A stretch of DNA of 64,000 bases, from NCBI GenBank assembly GCA_951406725.2, contig OX597820.1:12648001-12712000 (forward strand), given 5' to 3'. The translations under genes and the position numbers were made by a program. A model generated the notes under the pieces. It was given only the letters and a program-made list of their open reading frames with translations, was not told the DNA's origin and searched no databases. This document shows positions 12,610 through 26,692 of the stretch, one piece after another. The stretch's first letter is position 1, and the number at the start of each line of letters is the position of its first letter. The stretch comes from Octopus vulgaris. Its lineage: Eukaryota.

Positions 12610-12774
12610 TAAACCAAACCATAAAATATGTGAGAGGGACGAACAAGAAGGGAAAAAAACTGTTACTTATGATGAAAGATGAACTAAAACACATTTGCGA
12701 TTGTAAGTGAATCCATAAAAAAATAAATAAAAGAAGTAAAGATTCTGAAGGACATACGGATCAAGGAAACACAA

Positions 12775-13135
12775 AAGATAAGTTTCTTTGTTGGCCACAC
12801 AGGGCTGCACACAGATGGGACAAGTTACAAGGTAGAGCTTTTCTTTTGGGGGATGAAAAAAACAAAAAACAAAAGAAACAAAAATAAAGGGGTGGCGTAG
12901 GTTTTCGATCAAGAGGGATCGTAAAAGGGAAAAAAAGAACAAAAAGAAATAAAATAAAAAATAAAAAATAAAATAAAATAAAAAAAGAATAAAAGGAAAA
13001 GGAACAAAAGAAAAGAGAAATGAAAAAAGAAGAAAAAAGGGGAAAAAAAGGGGAAGAGGAAAAAAAAGCGATCAATAGGGATCGTGTATCACAGTGTTAT
13101 GATATATGGTGTAAGGGGAAAGCAAGTAAGGTTTA
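12775..13135 (-). mobile_element. Pyrimidine-rich 3' UTR of a LINE (probably Tx1/L1 group)
   Basis: Second copy at 53790-54168. Ends GCAGCCCTGTGTGGCCAACAAAGAAA. Confidence 0.7.
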
Positions 13136-13800
13136 AGGAAGCAGAGGAACTGATTAGAGGACTAAATGAGAAAGCTTCCAGGAAACAAGGAAATGAATAC
13201 ATCATCATTAATCCTAGTCGTTCCCTCACTAACAAAAGGAATAACAATAAATAGATAAATAGATATAAAGAGGTAGGTTTCCGATATGAAAAAGGCAAAG
13301 AATGAAATGAAAATAAGAAAATGTAGCATTAAGTGAACGGAAACTATCTTGAATGTAAAATGAGGATTAACATAAATAAAATCCGTAATGACACATCGGA
13401 TAAAACCATGCGATAATAAAAAGTGTTTCTTCAAGTAAATTCATGTATTTAAAATTAATTCTAAAGAGTTCAAGATGGACATTAATTAAAAAGTAATAAC
13501 ATAACACTGGGAGTTAAACAACAAATAAAATAAATACAGTCACGTGAAATAGAAATTAGCGGCACGTTTCAGTTTTTGTGAATTAAACATATACCTCGAA
13601 TGAGAAAATCCATTTTGTTTTATTTGCTGTCAATTTTGTTATTGTTGCTGTGATTGGAGATGCGATTTTTTTTTCTTTTGCTGTTTGGAATATTCTGTTG
13701 CAATAAGTTATATTTTATTGTATAATAATTAAGTTATTTTCTATATAAATAAAGAATTTGAAGAAAAAATTTCAAACGAATTACTAAATATACAACATAA

Positions 13801-14100
13801 TCACCGTGATCACCGTGATCGACCAGGCTATCAGATGTTGCTACACATCGCTGGTCACAATGCGCTTCGCATTGTTTTAGCCTTCAAATGACGCCACCCC
13901 GCTGGCTAAGCGAGCAGGCCAACAGAAGAAAGAGTGAGAGAAAGTTGTGGCGAAAGAGTACAGAAAGGGATCGCCGGGGCCTCGTGGAGCTTTAGGTGTT
14001 TTCGCTCAATAAACACTCACAACGCCTGGTCTGGGAATCGAAACCGCGATCCTACGACCGCGAGTCCGCTGCCCTAACCACTGGGCCATTGCGCCTCCAC
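13801..14100 (-). mobile_element. SINE family 3, tail type B
   Basis: Head GTGGAGGCGCAATGGCCCAGTGGTTAG...GGTTTCGATTCCC. TSD ACAACATAA(T). Confidence 0.88.
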
Positions 14101-15099
14101 ACAACATAATATATAACATATATTTTTGAAGCACAAAGAATGTAACCGAAGAATCCTTCGTTTCAAAATGACGATTGTCAAACAAATATGTTCTTGAAGA
14201 GAAATCTTCTAAAGTCCTTTTGAAGGACTAAAACCTTAATATCACCAAAATCCTTATTCCTTTTGAAAAAGTTCAGTAGGGAAAACATATTTTATAGGTA
14301 GGCACATAGTATGTATGCGTACACTACACACACACACGCACTCACACACACACACATACACACACACACACATTTTTTCTTTGAAGGAGAAAGCTACATA
14401 ATTCTGAATTTCTACAGATTTACGCGCCAGATCAGCATTATTTATTATATCCGATCGATAAAAATATTCTATGCTTCTTATAAAAGTAAAGCCTTGTGGA
14501 TAATATAATTGACGACAAAATGCTTCGGAGATTAGAAAGATATATAAATATTATGCATTAGATACATCGTTGTGGGATATACAACGCAGATAGGAAATCG
14601 ATATGTTGAGCGTGCTGGAAATCTTGGATAATTAGGAAGAGATAGTAAAAGTGGAAGATTATATCAATACACCAGTATATATGCTAAGAAATATATGTTA
14701 AGTATATATGCTAAGAAATATAACAATTCCATTATATGTATGCAGCGAAAGAAATATATTAGCTGTTTCGGGAATATCAAAGCTATATGTACGTCTTTGT
14801 CGGTTTCTCTCTCGTTAATAACCATTTTCCTTATGTTATCCGAAACCGTCTGGAAATGGATTTGGACACAAAATTCCTCTATTAAACACTTGAAATATTT
14901 AATAAATATTTAATATCTTTTCGTTCTAAATATCCCTATAATTGGTACATTTATTTTGTTTAAACTGAATATCACAGGGAAACGCAGTTTGCTGTCGCTA
15001 ACACTGTTACTTTAGATTATAAGTACATGTCAAATTCTACGCACATGACATTCGTCTATCTATCTAACTCCCTCTCTCTCTCTCTCTTTCTCTCTCTCA

Positions 15100-15680
15100 T
15101 GACGTCAAAGACATTAGTCGTGTTAGGTGAGTATAAAGCTATCCTGGATAGCGTTTGCTCGGCAGCTAGAAGAAGAAGCCCACTCTTCGCCGATCTGCTT
15201 AAGTGATTTCAGCCTGCAGACCGTTACAGAATTGACCACCCGAATATCCCAGCGTGGACCTGGTCTGATGGCGACGAGTCGCCAAGGTCTTATCTAGACA
15301 GGATTGCGGTAAGGACTAGATATAAGTCTAGTTTTAGTTGTTTTTAGTTGTCCACAGTTCTTTCTGATCACCTACACGGATCACAAATTGTGATCACTCT
15401 ACAGCGCGGTCATAGATAGAGTACATAGACAGGGACCCGGCTATTGGAAGTTGAACTAGGCAATTTTGTCTTGTGTAGCGTACCGCAACCGGATTAAGGG
15501 GTTAGTTAATAGGGCATTAACTGGCACCGTGTTGAATAACAGGGGGTGGTTTGCCCTCAAACGATCCATTCGTTTTGAGTCTATTGGATTTATTCAACGG
15601 TTAGGCTTAGACAAGGCTAGAATAGAAGGCAACCTAGTTAAGGACTTAGAAGAGGTGTTGAGGTTGGGCTCTGCATCAAT
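15100..15680 (+). pseudogene. Tx1/L1-clade ORF2 fragment (APE endonuclease C-terminal half plus linker)
   Basis: Motifs LVVLGE, DRYRIDHPNIPAWTW, SYLDRI, TDH, GPGYWKLN. In-frame stops. Confidence 0.85.
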
Positions 15681-15792
15681 GGATAAAGTATTTACATTCT
15701 ATATATATATATATTTTCTACATACATACGTGCAGACTTGCGTTTGTGTTTCTCTGTGTGTATGTGTGCATGTGCGCGCGTATGTGAATGAG

Positions 15793-15795
<3 letters not shown>

Positions 15796-15876
<81 letters not shown>
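15796..15876. repeat. (TG)n microsatellite
   Basis: Directly visible. Confidence 0.97.
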
Positions 15877-15878
<2 letters not shown>

Positions 15879-16923
15879 CGTGTGTTGCGCCTACGTGTTC
15901 TGCAGTCTAAGCGTGCCCTACATATAACAACGAGGTTTTAAAATGTTCTCTAGGAAGCCAAAATCTATTCTTATCTCAGTGCAGTGATTGTGATAAATTT
16001 TCAATGTGGCAACAGGAGTTCGCAGGATGAAAAAAACATTATGGATTCCCATTTAATTAAGTTTTGTTGCAAAATCTTTTTTTAACCTTTTCGTTTGCAG
16101 ACGTATTAAAACGAAACAAAGTTTTTCGTATAAGATCTAAACGAAATATTTAGTTCTTATATCCAACAGCAATATTTATGAGTAAATGTATATTTTGTCT
16201 TCACACATTGATTTTCTTTCGCTTAAATGTTTATTTAGTATTTCTATTATTTACGCATGCATTTATTTTCATTCCTCAAAGTGCTTTGCTGATCAATACT
16301 ACCTTTCCCAAAAAGAAGCAAAAAAAACCAAAAACAACAAAAAACAAACCAACGAAACAATTATGTCAAACTATTGCAATTTTCAAAGCTGATGAAACAG
16401 TAATAAAATCAATGGTTTATGCCAACCTGTTTAACGCCCACGAAAAACATGGTTTCTTAGATTTCCGGTTCTGAAATTTCGTCTTGTATGCTATATCAAC
16501 ATTACTAACACAAAGGATGGTATTTACACATCTGCCTACCTTTAATAATTTACCTACGTCTGTTATTCTTTCATTTTCCTATTTTCGGATAATTATACGC
16601 CTCGGAAATTATCATACTACAAAGACATCAATAACGTCTGTGATAGTTATAACAATTTCACGTAACTTCCAATGTCTTTAACCCATATTTGCAAGCGTAT
16701 TACTGTGGATTGTAATGTAAAATATTTGTTACCACAAACAAGGAATGATAGCAAAAGAATGTGATCGTTGAAGGCAGGAGAACCTCAAGGGTTATCTTAT
16801 GTATAGCCTAGAACGGTTTCGTCTCTAAAAGGTGATAAAGTCATCGAAGGTAGGTGACGCCAGGGCAAATTTTTTAGTGAGTTTCATTTACGCTTCTTCT
16901 CAATGCAGAACCCATTTAATATA

Positions 16924-17155
16924 TATTTCTTTATTGCCCACAAGGGGCTAATCATAGAGGGGACAAACAAGGACAGACAAACGGATTAAGTCGATTACAT
17001 CGACAACAGAGCGTAACTGGTACATTATTTATAGACCCCGAAAGGATGAAAGGCAAAGTCGACCTCGGCGGAATTTGAACTCAGAACGTAACGGCAGACG
17101 AAATACCACTAAGCATTTCGCTCGGCATGCTAACTTTTCTGCCAGTTCGCCGCCT
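16924..17155 (-). mobile_element. SINE family 2 monomer
   Basis: Reverse complement of the family consensus. AACCCATTT.ATATA flanks. Confidence 0.9.
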
Positions 17156-18347
17156 TTTAATATAACCCATTTTATATAACTGGCTTTTTTGTATCTCTCT
17201 AGCTGTTACAAACCATTTTCTGTACTATATCTTGGTTAAATCAATCGATATTATGATGGAAAGCAAAAGGCAGCAGAGAGTGTCTCAAGGTGATTGTGGA
17301 TCACGAGGTATGACCCCTGTAAGGAGCAATGTTAATGGCGGTAGTGCTAACTGGAGACCAGGTGAGACTTGATCAAGTCCTTCCTGGACACCTAGGTGAA
17401 GTGACTGATGTTGAAGGACCGAAAACATTTGATAACTGATGATGTTCCCAGGTGCATCACAGGATATTAAATGTAAAAAAAAACTCTCTTCCTGGATATA
17501 GTTTAAACTCAATATTCTCAATATAGATATCAAACACACCATTTTTCTTAACTGTATAACGAAAGGCTTAGCTTCGTCAGGAGGGCAACCAATAGAGGAT
17601 ATAAAGCAATGCGAACAAGATTTCTTTGGAATAGTTAGTAAGTAATCAGTATTCCCCAATGAGACTTTAAAATAAATTTATGGTTATGCTACAGTTGTTC
17701 GGTTATAAATCTCCATATTTTACGCTAGGGCATAAAACAGAACATTGTATTGACTTTCGCAAACTTTGAGAACAAAGTATTCTCCATCATTTTCTCACGA
17801 GTATTAACTGCTCAAGTGAATTTATTGTCTTGAAGCTGATTTCGAAACCGGCTTACAGACTCTTCTCGTCAAGCTATTGAGGTAACGTAAATCAATATTG
17901 ATTCTGTAAATTGTTTTTATCATAATGTTGTTACACATTTCTTTCAAGTGAACAACTTGCTTACTATTTTCGGGAACAGAAAATGCATAAAAAATAACAA
18001 CGAGTGCTAAAAGGTGCAATACGACATAAAAAAAAAATAAGGTAAAACTAAAATAACATCATTAAGGTAGAAACGCGACGAACGGAATTATATAAACGGC
18101 ATGATAATATAGTTAGAAACAGCAGCATCGTATCTGGATATATTCCCTAGATGCATTTATGTAGAATAATGTCACCTGTTCTCCGAAATTATCTCACATA
18201 TATAACACTCTTATCGAAATATTAAGAGATGCCCAAGAAGACAATGTTTGAGTAAAATATATGCGAAAGATATTCAATTACAAGTATATTAGAACATTAA
18301 CAAAAATATCTGCTAATGTGTATTACATGTACTTTTATATACGGTGC

Positions 18348-18418
18348 AGGAGTGGCTGTGTGATAAGTAGCTTGCTTCCCAATCACATGGTTCCGGGTTC
18401 AGTCCTACTGCGTGACAT
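18348..18418 (+). mobile_element. SINE family 1 head (truncated)
   Basis: AGGAGTGGCTGTGTGATAAG...GGTTCAGTCC. Confidence 0.75.
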
Positions 18419-18419
18419 C

Positions 18420-19040
18420 CACAGATCCGCAGCTCTCCTACAGACGGTGAACTACTGTCTCTTACCTTCCTATTGAAACAAATCTCATTCGCAACATTTT
18501 TTATTCTACTTCCAGACACCAGAACCTTTCCTTTCGTCCCTGCAACACACTTCCTCGCCCTAAATAAAGATAAGAACATCGGAAATCTCTTATCATGAAG
18601 CCCCAGAGCGCCCAAAATCACACAAAGAGGCACTTATAAATGAGCTCTCCCACGATGCAGCACCCGCCCCTACATTAACAATACCAGAACCATCACTGTG
18701 CTTGAGATACAAAAACCCTTTACTTGGAACTTCTTTCGAACATATTCTAAACCTTATATACTGCATCACATGCAAACTTTACCGCACCCTTTACAGCATA
18801 GAAATAGAACAATGCCTTGTCGATCACTTTCGGGAGCATATTCGAAGCGTAATACTGCTTATGTCTCATCAAGCTTTCGCCACTCGCTTCAACGATGCAG
18901 GCCGTTCCTTCTCTCACTTATCGATGTCAGGTATTGCTGCACATTGTGGATCTACTTTCTCAAGGAATCGGAAAGAACAACGATTCATATTCAAACTTGA
19001 CACCATGTCACTAAAGGTTTTATATTCACATTTCCCTTGT
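18420..19040 (+). pseudogene. Penelope-like element, linker plus GIY-YIG endonuclease remnant
   Basis: NLIYCITCKLYRTLYSIEIEQCLVDHFREHIR...RNRKEQRFIFKLDT matches the PLE pattern NxIYxIxC...YIGET...RFxEH...E..I. Frameshifted. Confidence 0.8.
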
Positions 19041-20973
19041 ACTCCTGCACTTCTTAATTCCTTAAACCCTTTCTGAAACTCCAACTCCTCTCTCTCTCCT
19101 CATCTTTTCCCTTCATCTTCCTCTCGACTTTAATTGCTTCTTGCTTTTCAACTTAGAAGATATAAAACTCTGCTGTGTCTCATTAATTTCACTCCTTTCA
19201 ACTTTTCGCCTCAAAAAGGAAAGCGTCCAAAACACTGGGTTTTCCACTCCTCGCGGCAAATTTCCTGCAGACATTTTATCGATTTTACTACAGAACATTA
19301 ACTTCGCCGACCCAGAATGACGCAAGCCTTGTTCAGGTACGTGTGTGTGTGTGTGTGTGAGTGTAAGGTTGAAAATGAACACACGAGTTGATATATATGT
19401 AAAAAGAGTCAAGGTAGAAAATGCTAAAGTAATCTTATAAAAAAATTTCGGTATCGGTTTCTGTCATTGAAACTTCTTTAACTGTAAGTATGGAAAACAA
19501 TTAAATTTTGGAAAAATTAAAAGAAAAGTTTTTTAAAAGAATATTGTATAGTATTCAAATACAAGGGTCGTTTTCCTTGTTTCTGCCTGTCTCTGTCTCT
19601 CTTGTTTACTCTCGTAGGTTCGAGGTCGTTGGTAGGGAAGAAGAAGAAGAAGAAGAAGAAGAAGAAGAAGAAGAATACGGGAGTGCGATGATAGTAGTAG
19701 GCTGTTAAATGGTCAAGTGCCCTGAAAGTGACCATTGTGGATGGTAGTAGTGATTGAATTCTTGAGACGTCTCTTTTGAATGCTTTGTTTATGAAATTTG
19801 CGTAGGTGTTATTCTAAACAATAATAGTGGTGAAGTTAGGAAGGAGGTGGCGGAGAGGAAGAAGACGAAGAAAAAGAAGGAGAAAGAGAAGGAAGAATAA
19901 GAAGGACTGTAGGTAGTAGGATAGTAGTAGGGTGTTAAAGAGATATTATTGTTGTGCATAATCGAGATATTATTGTTGTGCATCATCGTAATAACTAACA
20001 ATAGTATATTCTACATGTATATTCTTTGTGTATGTCTCGTGTACGTACTTTTTCTTGACAGGTGTTCTTTTACAATGGTTGTGTGATTTCTTTTCTGCTA
20101 TATTGCCTTCTATTGGGTCAATTTGACATTTTCAGCTAATCTAATTAGGTTTGCAAATATGTCGGCTTGTTTTATGTTGGGGATTGTTGCAAGATTCAAA
20201 ACCGAAAGCGTCTTCTCTAGATGATTGAACGTATATATATTTACATGTTTAATTCCAACCCATCTCTTCAATGTATATCTTCCACTTTCATTAATATTCT
20301 CTTCTAATTCCAAAACAACAACCACCCAACCACTTCCAGTTTGTAGTTTTACATTGATTCGGTGCTAAATCAGACACGAATAGCAATTCTCAAGTTAACG
20401 TTACCGTTCACTCGTACAGATTTCAAAACCTCGAAGCATAAAGATACTTTAATATTTACATTTGCATTACGTTTCAGATTCCTTACTGCTATCTTGTGTT
20501 AATTTCCCACACATACGTTCCACTTGTGCTAGAAATACCAGCTCTTTTTGAAATTTATGTGCCTGGAGCACTAACAAACTTGCACACTCATATGCATATA
20601 TATCGAGATGTATGCACACTCTAGAATTTCTCGACCGCCTGCAAATACTTGTATTTTTGTTCCAAATAATATGCCACATGTTGAAATAAATACAGCCATA
20701 TTTTTTCACACTTGCACCACTTGACCAGCTAGACATACAAGTTTCTTTCTTTTCATCTCATAGGTAATATGTATGTGAATAGAGCGAAATTAATACTCAA
20801 ATATTCTCACCCAGCGAGTAATGAGAGCTACTTCATTTAAAATAATTTTTCAGAAACCAACTAACTTCATTGCCAGCCAAAAGCTTCGTTCAACTCTTGT
20901 TATTTAAACCTGGACTCTATCCGGATGGTTGCATGACCAAATATACAATAATCATAACATCGTTTCTCTCATA

Positions 20974-21380
20974 AGGAGGCGCGCTGGCAGAATCGTTAGC
21001 ACGCCGGGCGAAATGCTTATCAGTATTTCGTCTGCAGTTACGTTCTGAGTTCAAATTCCGCCGAGGTCGACTTTGCCTTTCATCCTTTCGGGGTCGATAA
21101 ATCAAGTACCAGTTACGCACTGGGGTCGATGTAATCGACTTAACCCGTGTGTCTGTCCTTGTTTGTCCCCTCTGTGTTTATCCCCTTGTGGGTAGTAAAG
21201 AAATAGCTATTCCGTCTGTCCTTACGTACTGAGTTCAAATTCCGCTGAGGTCAACTTTGCATTTCATCCTTCCGGGGTCGATAAATTCGGCACCGGTTGC
21301 GTACTCGGATCGATCTAACCGATTCCCCCCGCCAAAAAAAAAAAAAGAAAAGTTTCGGGCCTTGTGCCTAGAGAAGACAA
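20974..21380 (+). mobile_element. SINE family 2 dimer
   Basis: Unit with tail B followed by an internal restart and tail A. Confidence 0.88.
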
Positions 21381-21835
21381 GAACATAGTTTCTCTCATTG
21401 TTGTTAGCTTGGTTATTCAATACGTTAATGGAAATTTCTTCAAACTCCATTGAATGAATAAGTATACAATTCAAAAGAACCCAATAACTTGCATGAAGCA
21501 ACAATTAATCATAACCTCTGAACAATATTCCATCAAACATGAATGCATAACAACAACAATTTTCAGGGTACCTTCACGCAAGAAAGTATGCCGAGCTTCC
21601 TTTCAGTCCGTATATATCTGAATAATGCATTTCAATTTACCACATTCACTTCCCAATTTACACTTCCATCGTTCAAAAGTGGCAGACATATTGCCTCTAA
21701 AGTCAATGTGTTTCATATCATCAGGATGATGAAAAAAATAACTTATATTCACATCACACGAACAAAATTACTTACTTTAGCAACAATTGTACGGAGGACC
21801 CAACACACGTAACTAACACCAACTGCTTCTAACTG

Positions 21836-22058
21836 GTATGTATGTATGTATGTATGTATGTATGTATGTATGTATGTATGTATGTATGTATGTATGTATG
21901 TATGTATGTATGTATGTATGTATGTATGTATGTATGTATGTATGTATGTATGTATGTATGTATGTATGTATGTATGTATGTATGTATGTATGTATGTATG
22001 TATGTATGTATGTATGTATGTATGTATGTATGTATGTATGTATGTATGTATGTATGTA
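21836..22058. repeat. Perfect (TATG)n microsatellite
   Basis: Directly visible. Confidence 0.98.
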
Positions 22059-23363
22059 TCCTTATATATATATATATATATACATATAAACACACAAACA
22101 TTACATATATATGTGTGTGTGTGTGTGTAATGTTTGTGTGTTTATATATATAGCGTAATAAGATAAAAAAACAAGACTGTATAGATATTAGAGCATTTGT
22201 AGATAGAAGGTCTGATTCGAGTTTCTGGGTATTGACCCGTCATCAGCGTGTGACAATTAGTGGTTGTCGATGAAATAAGTAATGCACCATTATCCCTTAT
22301 ACACGTCATTACCTGACACCATTATCACTTATACACGATTCGGATATTCAATGATCAATCGCCGGCCCAGCCAAGGCCGATCAATCCCCAGCTTGTGTCC
22401 AGTTATTGCTACTCCTACCAGGGCTTAGACATCCTGACCCACAGCTAATTTAAGGCAATTCTGTTTCCGTCCATAGCCGATTTGAGGGCCTTTTACCAAT
22501 AGGAATCTTTAATACTCACCATGTACAAGCCTCTGCAGAAGCACAGGTTCACAAATGCACTGCATCTCATCCCAATGGAGTACATTCGTCTACCACGCAT
22601 TGTTTCGGTATAATTTCACTAACTCAGCTAATTTTGAGATACAAAATGCCACTACAAATACTCAAGAGTTGCATACCAGTTTCTCTTCAAGTATCTTTAG
22701 ATGTTAAGTGCTACAACAGTCACGGAACAAATGATATTTGTTTTATAGAAAAGCTGAGTTTTTGTTTTCTGTTGTAGATCTGTGTTGTTACATCGTATCA
22801 TATGTAATTTTAGGGATTACATATTACATTAAAAACGAAGTTTTGAAATGACAGGGTCCCTCTAATATTTCGTACTTTATTTTATTTTCCCCTTTAATTT
22901 ATATCGGGACTGATGGGCAAAAACATCGCTAGTTACGTATTTCCGACGGACAACTGCCATGGCTAGTTCACTATATTTCTGAATTACAAATGACTAGGAA
23001 TGATCTAACGATGCATTTTGATAACAGTGCAGTAGATCGTACACTGAAGGGAATTTACATCAGCTGTGGAATCAGTTAGCATTTCTCGGTCATATGTACA
23101 ATAAACGCTTCGTTATTTCTCGGCTTCTAGTTGATCTATAGATATTCCCGACACTTTATAGATGTTATGTGAATAACCTCTTTATATTGTGTAGCAAAAA
23201 TAAAAATAAAACGTTTGTTGTTCAACAGCAGGTGATGCGTGATGAATAGACAGAACACCAGGTGTCTTCTGATGTAACTGGTGTTCAATATTCCATCATT
23301 TTATATAGCATTATTGATATATATATATACACATATATGTATGTATGTATATATATATACATA

Positions 23364-24131
<768 letters not shown>

Positions 24132-24154
24132 TATGTATGTATATATATATATAC

Positions 24155-24185
<31 letters not shown>

Positions 24186-24329
24186 CACATATATATACGT
24201 ATGTATATATATATATATATGTATGTATTTATGTATGTATGTATGTATGTATGTATGTATGTATGTATGTATGTATGTATGTATGTATGTATGTATGTAT
24301 GTATGTATGGATACACACAGATAGGCAAA

Positions 24330-24479
24330 TGTTTGTCTGCGTGGTAAGAAACTTGCTTTCCAATCACATGGCTCCGGGTTCAGTCCCACTGCATGTCACC
24401 TTGGGCTAGTGTCTTCTACTATAGCCACGGGTCGACCAAAGCCTTCTGGGTGGGTTTGGTAGACGAAAACGGAAAAAAG

Positions 24480-24523
<44 letters not shown>

Positions 24524-24731
24524 GTTCGTGCATGTGTGTGTATATGTATGTGTCTGTGATTGTCCCCCCACTGTCGCTTGATAACTGATGTTGGTCTGTT
24601 TACGTTCTCGTAACTTGGCGATTCCGGGAAAATTAACCGATAGAAAAAGAACAAGTCGATTTGTCCGATTACAGGCGGTGCTCCAGCATGGGCGCAATCA
24701 AATGACTGAAACAAGTAAAAGAGTAAAAGAG
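24330..24731 (+). mobile_element. SINE family 1
   Basis: Similarity to 1221-1631. Confidence 0.88.
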
Positions 24732-24737
24732 CATATA

Positions 24738-24968
24738 TATTTCTTTACTACCCACAAGGGCTAAACATAGAGGGGACAAACAAGGACAGACAAACGAATT
24801 AAGCCGATTATATCGACCCCAGTGTGAGCCTGGTACTTTATTTATCGACCTCGAAAGGATGAAAAGCAAAGTCGACGTCGGCGGAATTTGAACTCAGAAC
24901 GTAACGGTAGGCGAAATACCGCAAAGCATTTCGCCCGGCGTGCTAACGTTTCTGCCAGCTCGCCGCCT
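24738..24968 (-). mobile_element. SINE family 2 inserted at the tail of SINE family 1
   Basis: TSD AAAAGAGCATATAT. Confidence 0.88.
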
Positions 24969-25110
24969 AAAAGAGCATATATGCACAGACACAAACCTAT
25001 GCAACATATATATGCGTGTACACACATACAAATACACACACACAGAGACGCGCACGGGCATAGAAACGGGTAGGATGTTTCTCACGAGTAAATCAATATT
25101 AAAACAAGAC

Positions 25111-25748
25111 AAGGCGGCGAGATGGCAGAATCGTAGAACGCCGGGCGACATGCTTAGCGTCATTTTGTCTGTCTTTACATTCTGAGTTCAAATTCCGCCG
25201 AAGTTGACTTTGCCTTTCATCATTTCGGGGTCGATAATTTAAGTACCAGCTTCGAACTGGGGCCGATCTAATCGACTGGCTCCCTCCCTCCATCAAATAT
25301 CAGGCCTTGTGCTTAGTGTAGGAAGGAATATTTATTCAAGGCTCGAGTCGGCGAGCTGGCAGAATCGTTAGTACACCGGGCGAAATGCTTAGCGGTATTT
25401 CGTCTGCCGTTACGTTCTGAGTTCAAATTCCGCCGAGGTCGACTTTGACTTTCATCCTTTCAGCGTCGATAAATTAAGTACCAGTTACGCACTGGGATCG
25501 ATATAATCGACTTAATCCGTTTGTCTATCCTTGTATGTCCCTTCTGCATTTAGCCCCTTGTGGGTAGTAAAGAAATAGGAATGCTTTGTCTGTCGTTACG
25601 TTCTGAGTTCAAATTCCGCTGAGGTCGACTTTACCTTACATCCTTTCGGTGTCGATAGATTAACTACCAGCTGCGTACGTGGGTCGATCTAATCGACTGG
25701 CTCCGTCCCCCAAAATTTCGGGCCTTGTGCTTTGAATAGAAAAGAATA
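25111..25748 (+). mobile_element. Cluster of SINE family 2 units (monomer plus dimer)
   Basis: Three consecutive central domains. Confidence 0.88.
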
Positions 25749-26436
25749 TCATAACAAACGAAGGTTGTTTTTTTTAGAACTTTATGAATAAAAGTAAGAA
25801 AGTATTCATAATCTTATTAAAATGTGTTACCTGTTTCAATCGCTGACAATGTACGATTATATACATTTATATACATATACAGACATACATACATACATAC
25901 ATACATACATACATAGAAACACATGTACATACATACATTCATACATACATATATACATACATACATACATACATACATACATACATACATACATACATAC
26001 ACACACGCATACACACACATAGTAAAATCAATAGGGATTTCGAGAATGACACAGATCTCATTATTAAGCTCTGCGCCAATTGCATGGTCGCATGGCTAAC
26101 AAGAATGACTACGGCGGAGGTTCACGTAAAATCCGAGAGATACAATGACAAACAAAACGTATACCATAGATAAGAGAAGTGATGCGAGAGAGCAGATGTT
26201 TTTTTTCATTTGTTTATAGTCTGTTTCAAAGTGTGTTGCTTATATAACAGATGTTATAGTGATGACAACACACATAAAAGACGACCGTCTGCGAATGGAA
26301 TAAACATTTACACTCTCACCTCACTTCTCATACACGCGCACGCACACAAACTCACTCACACATAAGCACACACATGTGTGTGCGTGTGTGTTTACGTAAG
26401 CATGTGCGTATGTATGTATGTTTATGATTGCCCTTT

Positions 26437-26692
26437 CGCGAGTTGCTAAAGGGAAAGCGCTCACAAGGCGGCCAGAAGAAGCGTTTTAAGGACACCCTGA
26501 AAGCCTTCTACATCGACCATGACTCTTGGGAGCAGTCTGCTCTTGACAGAGAAGGGTGGTGATCAGCTGTCCACAGGGGTGCCAACACATGCGAGACCAA
26601 TAGGATCGCTGCTGCAGAAGACCGCAGACAAGCCAGGAAGAACAGAGCTAACAACCCCGTAGTAGGCGCAACCATTCCCTGTCTACACTGTC
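26437..26692 (+). pseudogene. RTE (BovB-like) LINE C-terminal fragment
   Basis: ELLKGKRSQGGQKKRFKDTLK...IDHDSWEQSALDREGW*SAVHRG...IPCLHC. Confidence 0.85.

Noticed and set aside
16805-16866. GAAACCGUUC half-motif resembling a hammerhead
   Set aside because: No CUGANGA core upstream.
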